Shown in pieces: positions 11,376-22,872 of a DNA stretch of 64,000 nt. The notes under the pieces were generated by a model. It ran no database searches. It saw only the letters and a list, made by a program, of their open reading frames with translations, and was not told the DNA's origin. The stretch is from Lingula anatina (lineage: Eukaryota; Animalia; Brachiopoda). The DNA is taken from assembly GCA_051362555.1 (NCBI GenBank), contig CM120641.1, forward strand, positions 37,950,401 to 38,014,400. Reading direction: 5' to 3'. Every line of letters begins with the position of its first letter. The first letter of the stretch is position 1. Position numbers and translations under genes: made by a program.

Positions 11376-14300
11376 ATGTTGGTGTTGTTTGAAACACCCG
11401 CTGGTTATGCGATATTCAAGGTAAATGTACTTTTGCTAAAATGTAATTTTGATACTTAACTATGCTAACAAAATGTTAGAAAAGCGTTACCATAATTTTG
11501 TTGGTAATGAAATGTGTTTTACACGCAATTTGTTTGCAGACACTGACCCACGTGCAAACTCACCAACGTTTTCACTGTTTCAGCTGTTTCTTATATATAT
11601 ACTTTGTTGATGTTTCTTGCAATTTTTGGAAAGTGGAAGCATTTCAGTCATGAATAAATATAATGTTTCGTGAAAGTTTGGTTTACATGATATTTAACTC
11701 TGTATGGTTTCAATTTACTATTTAATTCTCGTCGATAAATTTATTTTAATGTAACTCGGATTTTTAAATTCTCAGAATGCTTCAAATGAAGTTGTTGTTT
11801 TAGAAACCAAACTAGCATAGTACAAATGCCCCAATGATTAATCACAAAGTAGTGGTCTGATATTTGTACCATGCTGATCAAAGATAAGGCAGACTATGAG
11901 GGGCTAGTTTTTTTCTCTTTTTCCAGTGAATCTGTGTATAACCACAGGGTTGTTAATTTTAGTCAAATGACTTTGGACTAAATTTTATTTTATTTTTTCA
12001 GCTTCTAGATGAAAAGAAGCTGCAAGAAGTGGAAAACTTATACAAAGATTTTCAAACACCAGAGCAAGCAAGTAAAGTGTGAGTCATAACTAAAAAAATT
12101 AAGATAAAAAAGGATAATGATAACATGAAGTATACTGATATTTTGCTGTTGAGGTAATGGTATTCGTTCTGTATCCATGATGACATCTATGCTCCCTCTA
12201 CTGAACAGAATGAGGATTAGCTTCTTACGATGGTCTGAGAACGATGTTCATTTTATTGCTGCTTAACATGTAATAGAACTGAATGGATGGATGAGTACTA
12301 GAAAAAATGTTGCTAATTAATTGTTTCTCTATTCTAGGGTTAAACTGAAAAATTTTCACAAGTTTGAAGACACAACAGAAGCACTTGCAGGTATCTGTCA
12401 TTACCATAAAGGGATTACAAAACAAAATCAATGAACCAGTCTTGCATTTTACATGAAAATACATTTGGCATTTTTCAAGATTGGCAATATGTAATGTCCA
12501 CTTGTAAAATTTGTCTAAAAAAGAAAATTGAGCAAGTATGCACTGTTACAATATGGTATATAGAGTCCTAATGCCCAAACTTGTTTATACACCCATTCAC
12601 AAAATGTGCATTTTTCATCTGTGCTCCAGCGATTATCTTGAAAGTAGTGGTCAGAAAGCAATATTAATATTTAAAGTGTGATGTTTGTCCTTTATGATTT
12701 CAATTTTTAGCATGTACAGCAGCAGTAGAGGGCAAGATGAACAAGAGTCTGAAGAAATTGCTGAAAAAAGTTGTGGCTAAAGAAGCGCATGAACAGTTAT
12801 TAGTTGCAGATGCTAAACTTGGAAATGTTATCAAGGTACTTTTGGGGATTCAGAAGTGTTAAAACTTTTTTATCTTGTTTATTTTACTAAACAAAGAAAT
12901 AAAATAATATTTAGATGTATATTGAAGCAATCAACACTTTTTTTGCGTCAACAAAATGGGTGCACTAGTTTCTGACCTTCACAGTTTTTCATTTTCAGGA
13001 TAAATTTGATCTTACATGTGTCACTAGTTCAGCAGTTCATGAATTGATGCGGGGCATAAGGTCCCAGATGACCAGCTTGACCTCCATTCCAGAGAGTGAC
13101 ATGTCTGCTATGGCATTGGGATTGGCACATAGGTAAGACATACACTTAAAGTTGTCATAAAAGACTTACCTGTTATATATATATATAATGACTCTCTTGT
13201 CAGTGCAGCAGTTAAAACTTTCAGTCACTATGTACCACCGACATGGATGTTGAAATTTAGTGTTCAGGAAAAATACTGATTTGTTGACTGATGGAGGAGA
13301 GGAAGAAAGTGCATCTCTCCCCACCATTAAAGTGGCTGTGATGTGTTGATTGTATACTCATATCACAGCCTGCTTTGATGAGAGGGAGTGACAACACCAC
13401 ATCTGATGTTCTACAGCAAATACCTACCCTTGGTGAGGGAAATTTTAGTTCCATAGAAATGTCAATTTTTGATAAATGGAAAAATTAAGGGACATACTGA
13501 AGTACACCATAAAAACTGAAAACTATTATCAGACGCCAGGCAAGTATTGTTGATGGCAGGTGGAAAAATGGTTGCTGTAAACTTAATTGTATTAAAATTT
13601 GCTAGTTGTAGAATTTGGGGGTATTAAGCAAATAGAATGAACTTTAACTGGTGATCATAACTGAAAAAGCACTAACAGTTTTTGTTATGATATTGAATTG
13701 TCCATTTGGGTTGCCTATGATGGAATATAAAATTCTGATGTGCAACTGAAGATAAGACATTTTATTCGTCACTACCTCTGAGGCAACCTTTGTTTATAAT
13801 AGAAAATAATTCACACTACACTTGGAATTATCAGGGACAATGTTTTCATTCCAGCCTTTCGAGATACAAGTTGAAATTCAGTCCTGACAAAGTTGACACC
13901 ATGATTGTTCAAGCAATTTGTAAGTACAATTGCAGCTTAATGATTAATGATTAATTTTAAATGCACCATCTTCTGATTAAAATTTGGATTTTTGCTTGTA
14001 TTTCAATGCCAGTTCCATTCTGTATTCTGTGAGATGATTATTTTGAATGGTAATTGATATTTGGGTTTTTTACAAGTTTTTAAGTTTATTGGTCATAATG
14101 CGGATTTCTTAAAAGAAATGTTTTTATTACTGTTCCTCTGTTCATTTTTGCAGCTTTGCTAGATGATTTAGACAAAGAATTAAACAACTACATCATGAGG
14201 GCAAGAGAGTGGTATGGATGGCATTTTCCAGAATTAAGCAAAATAATCACAGATAACTTAGCCTATGCCAAAGTTGTGAAGGCATTAGGTAAGATGGTAG

Positions 14301-16604
14301 AACTTAATAATAATAATAATAAAAATGTCCATTTTAATATAGTTCTGCAGTGGTTCTAGTGAAAATATGTATTTAATTACATTTGCCTGAAGTAGTATTG
14401 ACACAGAGAAAGGGGTGTGATATTCCTGCTGGCTAATCAAGTGTTTGGTCAATTGCAGGTGATAGAACCAATGCTGCTACCACAGACCTCTCTGCCATAT
14501 TGCCTGAGGAAGTGGAACAAGAACTGAAGGAAGCTGCTGAAGTATCCATGGGGACAGAGGTGTCCGAGGAAGATTTAATAAATGTCACATACCTTTGTGA
14601 CCAGGTATGTTACATTTTATCTCTACTTTCGATGGTTGTAACAGTGATACACCTTACCATCTTAGTTTCAGAGTTGATGAGCGTCAGTTCTGATTGTTTT
14701 TGCCTTTCTCTGTAGGTAATAGAAATCACAGAATACAGAGCCCAACTGTATGATTATCTAAAAAACAGGATGATGGCAATAGCACCTAATTTGACAGTCT
14801 TGGTAGGAGAATTAGTTGGAGCTAGATTAATTGCTCATGCAGGTGAGTGAAATAAAAAACCTTTAGTTTTTAAAACTTTTACAGCTTTACACACTGTTTT
14901 AAATGTATACTTAGAAAATTGTGCATTTCATGATGCAAAAAGTGCTGAATGTTTACCATTAAGTTTAATTTCTTCTGCTACATGATCTCTTAAGGTAGAT
15001 ATTCTTTCTCCTAGGTTCACTTGTAAATCTAGCAAAACATCCATCTTCAACGGTACAAATCCTAGGAGCAGAAAAGGCTTTGTTTAGAGCATTAAAAACA
15101 AAGCATGACACTCCAAAATATGGACTAATTTATCATGCTTCACTTGTCGGACAGGCCAATGTTAAGAATAAAGGCAAGGTGAGTAACAATTGGAAAAATC
15201 AATAAATTCCTACATACCCAACTTGAATATTTTTATTTAGATAAATTTTTGATCTATTGAATTTGAGCTGAAAGTTGGAGTGGGGAGGGGGTTGTACGAA
15301 GCGTTTTGTATTTAGAACATTTTATTATGCTATTTCAATGTATAAATATTTTCTTTGAAGATTTCCCGAATGTTAGCTGCTAAAGCTGCTCTTGCAATCA
15401 GGGTAGATGCACTGGGAGAGGATACTACCAATGAAATGGGCATAGAACACCGCGCAAACCTAGAAAGTAGGATGAGACAAATGGAAGAAGGAGGGGTAAG
15501 GGCACTGAGAAAACTTGTGAATTGTCTTTACAAAATATGTATCAGCAATATGGCAGTGTCTTAACTTAGTAAATAATTAGACAAATTACAGCATTTACCT
15601 TAGAAGTAGGTTACCCGTAATAAATAAATATAATAATATGCATGCACTTTGTATTTTCAGTCTAGAAGAATAAGTGGCACTGGTAAACAGATGGCGAAAT
15701 GGGAAAAATATGAAAATAAAAGGTAAGTTGTTTAATTTGTTGGTCTTGCACTTACATCTTTTATGGGGACACTTAGAAAGTGATTCAGAATTTTTTGTTT
15801 AATGAATCCAACATTGATTGTGGCAGTAGTGACAGGGCTTTCCCTGTTTTTTTCAGTCAAGTTAAAACTTATGATGCTGGGGCTGATTCCACTCTACCCA
15901 CTACTCCAAAGAAAAGAAAGTTGGACGAAGCTGAAGCTGGTGAAGACGTTAAGTCCAAGAAAGTAAAAGTAGAACAGAATGGTAAGAAATATGATGGGTT
16001 GTCCATTTAATCCAAAATTGGGTTAATCTTTCTATCTTTAAAGTCTTGAGTGTTACATGCAGTCAGCACATAATCTATTGGTTTGCTGAATGAATAATTG
16101 AGACTCGTAGAATGAATTCGGTTACAGACCTAGAAACGTTAAATAGAAAGAATTAGATTTACCTCACATGCACTAGGTGTCAGTAACAGTATATCTACAT
16201 GGTATTGTTTGTATGTATTATCTGTTGGAGCATCCTGGTTAAAGAAAGGCATAGGCTGATCTTTAAAGAGATGAAAACCTTACATTTTTAGGTGAAGCAG
16301 AATCTTCAGAAAAGATAAAGAAGAAAAAGAAAAAGAAGGACAAAGAAAAAGATGCTGCTGGAGATGCAGAAACTTCTATAATGGATACCACAACAGAATC
16401 TATTGGTAAGAATTTCCATCTATTTCGAAAATTAAAAAAACATAAGATATGGGGAGATAAAACTGAGCATCACAACATTTTATCAAGAAAGAAGAAACAC
16501 AGCCTTATAAGGTCAATCTTGTGTTTGCAGGTGCTGGTGACGAAGGTTCGTCCAAGAAAAAGAAAAAGAAGAAAAAGATGAAAGTGGAGCAGGACAGTGA
16601 TTGA
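11376..16604 (+). CDS. NOP58: Nucleolar protein 58, box C/D snoRNP core protein (about 14 coding exons)
   Basis: [15 protein letters not shown] start; [25 protein letters not shown]; [26 protein letters not shown]; [24 protein letters not shown]; [32 protein letters not shown]; lysine-rich tail ending KVEQDSD*. AATAAA at 16949. Confidence 0.97.
11813..11949 (+). ncRNA. Candidate box H/ACA snoRNA in NOP58 intron 1
   Basis: Hairpin AGCAT-AGTACAAAT...ATTTGTAC-CATGCT, H box AGATAA (11882-11887), second hairpin closed by GCAGA/TCTGT, then ATA and ACA motifs. No target identified. Confidence 0.4.
12165..12243 (+). ncRNA. Box C/D snoRNA in NOP58 intron 2
   Basis: C ATGATGA 12177-83, D' CTGA 12201-04, C' ATGAGGA 12210-16, D CTGA 12235-38, terminal stem CGTTCT/AGAACG. 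The D guide TCTTACGATGGT is complementary (with G.U pairs) to the conserved 28S sequence ACCGUCGUGAGA. Confidence 0.8.
13240..13410 (+). ncRNA. Candidate orphan C/D-type structured RNA in NOP58 intron 5
   Basis: D box CTGA 13403-06, C' TGATGA at about 13376-81, C-like GTGATGT at about 13338-44 (alternative ATGTTGA at 13247 with GACA/TGTT terminal stem), and two internal hairpins. More GC-rich than the surrounding intron. Confidence 0.45.
13709..13788 (+). ncRNA. SNORD70: Box C/D snoRNA, SNORD70 homolog (predicted guide for the 18S Am512 equivalent)
   Basis: 8-bp terminal stem GGTTGCCT/AGGCAACC, C ATGATGG 13717-23, D' CTGA 13735-38, D CTGA 13778-81. Guide TTCGTCACTACCT is antisense to 18S AGGUAGUGACGAA, and D+5 selects the A in GGUAGU. 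It sits about 73 nt upstream of the acceptor. Human SNORD70 is also hosted by NOP58. Confidence 0.88.
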
Positions 16605-17477
16605 TATGAGAGAAAAGACAGTACTTGATATATTTTATTACCCATGGAATGCACTAATGAAACATTCAACTTGTGGAATTGATTCTTTCCATAGACTGAG
16701 GGAGCCAGACTGACAAGTTATGGTTATTGTGATTGTAACACATTTCCATATTTTGTATGAAAGGAATTCAATTGATTTATGCTTACATTGCCTAAATCTG
16801 TAATGCAGCTATGTAGTGATGAAGACAAAAGATATTGCTCATGAAAGAAACGATGGGCATTGTAAATTTTTTTTTCTGTGGATAAAATGCTGTTGGAAAA
16901 GAAAAGATAAAGTGGAAGCTGTCGCCTATTTTGATGGCTCCATATTGCAATAAAGGTTATTTTAGTAGAGATGCTGTCTTTTGTTTCACAACTTGGCTAT
17001 GCACAAAATGAATGAACCTGCACTTGGTAAGTCTGAGGCCAGTTTTACTGTCATTTGGAATGTGGTAATGACTTTTTTTTGGGGGGGGGGGGGGGGAGAG
17101 AAAAAAGCCCTGCGGAGAACTTGTTTGTACTTCAAATTAAAGTTCGAGATTGCAGAAAATCCTGAAATTATATTTAACCTATTGTGGTTTATTATAGAAC
17201 ATAGCTTTGGACAATATTTACAATTTGTATATACATGATGGATGAAAATATCTATAATTAAAAAGCAGAAACCTTTTAGAAAAATGTCATATTACAAAAT
17301 AAAAATTGCCTTCCTGAACCAAAGACGCTATGCATTTAACATCTTCATAGACATGATCCCAAACAAAGTTTCTGTATAATTTGATCATTCTTGACCGCAA
17401 ACATGCTCATAATCTATGTAAAATCCAGCTTGTAAAATTGTCTTTTCCTTTGCATGGCATTGCTGCAAGTGTTATCT

Positions 17478-20400
17478 TCATTGAACTTCCAACATAGTAG
17501 GGGGCTTTGTTCTAACTTCCATGGTTGGGGTGCCTGGTTTGCGGCGCATAGAAGGTTGTGGCTGAGACATGGCTGCTTCATATGTTTTCTGAAAAGACCA
17601 AAAGATAATTTTTTAAAAGAAGAGAAAAATAAGTACAGATAGAAAAAAATTTCTTTGAGGGTATTCACAAACTCTGAATCACATTTGTTTTAAAGAAGGA
17701 CTTGTTTCTATGTAAACTTACTCTTCTTTCAGTTCTCATCTTTGCATTGTAGAATGCAGCAGAATCTGGATTCTCCATGAGCAGTTCTCCTTGTAAACGG
17801 TCAAATTTTTCTTGTTCGTCTTCAGGCTGGAAAAGGAGAAAATTGATGAAAGAGACATCATTTAATGGTTACAATTATTTTACTTAAAATATTTCGCTGG
17901 GACTGTTACCTTAATATCCATACCCAGAATTTAATTAGTTATTAGAATTTTTATATGATATTCCATTACCAAATAATTATAAATACCACTGTACTTACCA
18001 CTTGCAATGGGTATGGTGGCAGAGCTCCTGGTCTTAGTCCCAGCCCCATAGCCATGCTGGTCTGAAGTTCATCTGCTGGCAGTAAGAAGCTTTCTGCATA
18101 CCAATCATCAAATTCTGAAAAAAAAATTGAGCTTTTTTAAAAAACAACAACAACAATACACACATGCTTCAAGGGTTACAAATATCACTTTCAAGCAAAT
18201 AGTTTTTAAAAACCAATTTATTTGTTCAACTCATGTACTTAATTCACTGCAAATTATTGAGCTTCAGTACCGTTGTAAATGTTTTGTGTACCTTGAATTA
18301 ACCTCTGCCGACACTGATCCACCAGTTTCTGGCAGTACTGTACTTCTGATTTGAGGTTTTTGAGCTCTTCATGGTCTGTCCTATAATTCTGCTTAAATTC
18401 CTTCAGCTGTTTGATCTCAAGAAACTCTTCCTCACTAATTATAGTCTCCCCATCTTCATTATAGGTAAATCCTGCATGGGAATAAGGATGAATATAGCAA
18501 CATAAATTTCAAGTTATATGATCTTGCATTCCACTAATGTTTAAAAAACATTTAAAAGAGAGGGAAATCATAAGGATCAGTGAAGTTATGTCAAAAGAAT
18601 TACCTTGTGATTCTCTTTCTCTTTTCAGTGCATCCAGTTTATCCCTAGACTTATCAATTTCCACTTTTGTAGAATTGATCTGTCTTGCCAAATCTGCATA
18701 TGCCTTTTTCTTCACAGCAAGGATCTCTGTAAGAGTTAAAGATACAATTAATAGGAAAACAGCTGATTATCTTATTTAAAATGGGAAGGCACTCCGAAGA
18801 TTATTTCTTCATATTGTTCCGAGATGTGCTGATACTTCAGTACTGTTGCAAACTTGCAAATGTTTTTTTACTGTTGCAGAGCCTTGTTTCATTCTTACCT
18901 TTATTTTCTGACAGAATTCTGTTGATCTCACTCCCCCTCTCAGCTTTGAACTCTTCAAATGCCACAGTCCTGGGTGGAGGGGTGCTTGGTCTTTCTTGCT
19001 GTACTGGAGCAGGGGCTGGGGGAGCAGTGCTACTGGGAGTGGTAGGTTCTCCAGCCTCTCGCTCATCCTTCTTCTCACCAGAGGGGGTTTGAGGGGAGAT
19101 GATATCCTGGGCTTTAGCACTGTGGGAGGGACTGAGTGGGCCTTTGGCAGTGGGACTGTAAAACAGAGTATTTAGTGTTAGTGGATTTTACACTTTTGTA
19201 ATCAAAGGGTAGTCAAATATCACAGTCAAATATCATTGTTTTGTAAAATACAATCTGTGCTGTTTCATAACTGACAGTATCTTCAATAAATCTATCTGCA
19301 ATCACCTTGCTCTTTCCCTTGATTTCCTTTTCAGCGAAGCCTTCTTTATTGCACTGACTGTTGCCGATTGTTCTGCTTTAGCACTCTTTGGTGCCACACC
19401 CACTCCAAAGCTCTGCCCATCTGCCTCACCAACCAATGTGCCATCATCTGTGATAGCTACTCCAGCCTGCAATCAAATAAATTCTTCTGAGGTAAAAAAC
19501 AATATTTCCTTGTTGAAGCTTTAAGATTATTTTAGAGGTTGCAAACAAATCCAATTAAAGGGTTCCAATACAAACGGCTATCTATCATAAATAAGTGAAA
19601 ATGTACTCTTATTGTTTTTTTTTTTATCTCCTACCTTTTGTGCTGCAGCAATAGAAGCTGGGTCTGTTTTGTCAACTAAGGTGTACTTGACTCTTAGCTT
19701 CTCCTCTATTTCTTTTTCCATTTGGCTGTAAGAAAAATGAATAAGATTATTAATTTCCTCCTTTCAGGAAGCAGTATTACTGTTCAGATAAAATGAACAT
19801 AAATCAACAAATTAAGTTTCATAAGGTCATATTATGAATGTCAGAGTACCCTAACTTTTTGCATAATAATAGCAATAACAATGGTCATAATGATAATATC
19901 TAAGAAATATAACTTACCCATAGAGTTCCTTAAAAGAATCAAACACACCTTGGATTTGCCTCACATTCACAATCTGGAAAAAAAATGAGAACATGAATTT
20001 ACATAGTTGAATAAGAAAAAATCTTATGAAACAGTTTCATAAAAACTTGTTCTTCAATCTGGGGTCTTATAACCAATTGTAGTGTTGGACAGAAGGACCT
20101 AAGTCTAAGTGTATGACAACTTCTGTAGCATTTATTGGTAATTTATATATCGTTCTACAATGATAATTTATTTAACACTCACATCTATTTCATCCAAGGA
20201 CCCTTCCAGGTATCTCCGGACTTGCTGTTTGATCTCATACTTCTGCTGCTCTGACAAAGGCTCATATGTTACCATGCTGCGATTGGTCTATAAAAGGAAA
20301 CAGTACAAGTAGGTTATTCAAGTTTAATGAAAAATTGTCATAATGCTATCCATTTATCACATTTTACTTCAATTCTAAATGTTTGTTATTTTATTGGTTA

Positions 20401-21214
20401 AATCCAGTAACTTACCAGTGTATCATGCATGGCTAACTCATTTCTTAGGTGCAGTATTTCCTTTTCCAGTTTCTTAACCATGATCTGAAATGAGAATTTT
20501 TTAAAATATTTAACAGCATGAAAGCATTGTTTTTGACACAAAGGCACTTTATTCAGAGTTAAATATAAAAATACATAAATAAAAAATCAAATTTGTTAAC
20601 AGTATTCAATAGAATAAACTAAATTATAGATGTATATACCAAATAAAAACTTACTGCTGGATCATAATGTTCATTGATGGCAGGTTCATTGGCTACACAC
20701 ATCATTCTGGTGGCAAAGCGTAGAGTGGAGATCTGCAATGATAAAACCACAAGTTAACAACAACTATTTTTCCCCAACTGCCAAAATTTATCTATGTAAA
20801 GTATTATTTGTTTCTCAGACACATTCATCAACTCTGTCAGTCCTCTTTGCAAAAAGAAGTTAAAAAGTATTTCCCACAAAATGCTTATTCACTACATACA
20901 CTGTTTGTGCTTTTTTAATCTACTGGGTCATAGTTTACTTACAGTCTCCTCAATTTGTGCTGCTTCTCCCCAGACATTAGCAATGAGCACAGTGCTGCAG
21001 GTGCCTCCAATGGAGTCCTTGAGACAGTGTGTGAGCTTGGTCTGTCTGAAGGGCACGTGATCACGCTTTCTGTCTGCCAAAGCAATGACTGTTTGCTCCA
21101 GGAAGGACAGAGACTTGTTGATATACATGGCTTCCTGTTGTGTTTTCCCACCAGACTGGAATTATCATGGAAACAACGATGGTAATTAAAGAATGCAAAA
21201 AAAAAACAAAAAAC

Positions 21215-21245
<31 letters not shown>

Positions 21246-22872
21246 TATTAATCCTATGAAATTAAATCAAGAAGAAGAATGGGAGTGAACAATAATGATT
21301 ATTTATCTAAGACACAGACAACAATATATTTGAAGTTCAAACTATCAATACCTTTGTTTTCCCTAGTCTTTCTGATCCTGCCAGATCAACAAAATTTAAT
21401 TTGGATGTTGTATATTTAGCTGTGGACTGTACACGGGACCTGGACTCTATGTGGACGGTAAAAATACAGTGAGATCTTGAGGACTGTTTATTCAAGGAAT
21501 GAGTTGCAATTGCACGATTAGTCTCACCCTGAAAATGACAAAAAAATTCATGTTAGAACATCAAATTTTCTCAAAGGTTCTGGCAAATTATTTTTAGTAG
21601 TGCATTTAGCTTGAATATGATATTTATCTATATTGATACTATAATTTATTTTCTAAATGTATTTTAGTTATACCAAATCATTATCTCATCTGTTATTTAT
21701 TGATTTATTATTTCATTTGTAATTGATATTTCAATTGTAATTTATTGTATACATGCAATCCATTTAGTAAATATGCAACCAGCAAACTTAAGTGCTATGA
21801 TTTTTAAAAGAATACAAATACAAGGTTAACTTTTGAATTAAGACATTGGTCATTCTAAAAATATGGTATGGAAAAATATATGTACCTCAAACAACAAATT
21901 CAAAGCTTCCTCTTCACTTTGGGCTAAATGTGTGGTCAATCCTTTGACATACACTACACTGCCTTCCTCAGCAATAGTCATTTGTTGTCCTTGAGAGGCA
22001 TTCATTGTCTCCGGAAGAGATGACAACAGATCAAACATTGTTTCATTGTAAATTTCTAAATAAGATATCCTAACATTGATGGCGTACTCTGGTCTGTCCT
22101 CAATTTCTCTGTATAACTGTGAAATGGCTCTTGGAATAAGTCCACGGTGGCGGTAATTTTCTGTTGCTCCAGTGACAGTAAAAGTTTTTCCAGCTCCTGT
22201 TTGACCATAACACATCAATGTACCTGCATAGATAAAGTTGGGTTTGTTATTCTTATAGCTCTCTAAATATGTTCTTTTAAAAGAATCAAAAATAGTGTTT
22301 CAGACTCTATAACAAAATATAATTAAATGTTTCTGACAACAATTTCATGAATAATCCGCACTGTTACTTAAAACCAGTTTTTGTCAAGCAATTAATACAT
22401 ACATTAAAACCCAAATTTTATACGTTAATGAACCGATAAATATCAGAAATCAATTGAGCTTACCATTAAACCCTTCAAGAGCTTGTGTCACCATATTCTG
22501 CCCAACTGTCTGATAGACTTGTTCTTGGCTTGCATTATGCAAGATGCCATCCATTCCAAAGGACCAATCCAATATCTGGTTATTAACAACTCCTTGTTTC
22601 TCATCTCGTTTGCAGTGGATATTAATTGTCTAAAAGAAAATCAGAATGGATGTTGTCATGAAGACCAATGAAATATATTTTATCTGTATGCTGATAAATA
22701 AAATTCATTTGAAATAATTCTATGAAGTTGTCTTTTAATTTTAAAATTCTTGTTATTAGCAAGAGGGGAAACTTACCTTTGAATCTGGTTGTAGATCTAT
22801 AATGTCATGTGCAAACTCTGGTGTGGGTCTAATACGAACCCACACTTTCACATTTTTCCCCTTGTTACTCAT
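17478..22872 (-). CDS. KIF9: Kinesin-9 family motor KIF9 (about 17 coding exons; non-coding first exon with donor near 24217)
   Basis: VKVWVRIRPT start; P-loop YGQTGAGKTFT; ISYLEIYNE; NKQSSRSHCIFT; VDLAGSERLGKT; YINKSLSFLEQ; HVPFRQTKLTH; tail PEDEQEKFDRLQ...PDSAAFYNAK is typical of KIF9. Confidence 0.92.

Noticed and set aside
13280-13402. U6atac-like snippets (GGAGAG...CTCCCC, TGACAACAC)
   Set aside because: Spacing and catalytic core do not match, there is no oligo-T terminator, and the C'/D boxes fit a snoRNA-like RNA better.
14640-14696. TGATGA...CTGA in a short NOP58 intron
   Set aside because: Boxes are too close together and too near the acceptor, with no terminal stem.
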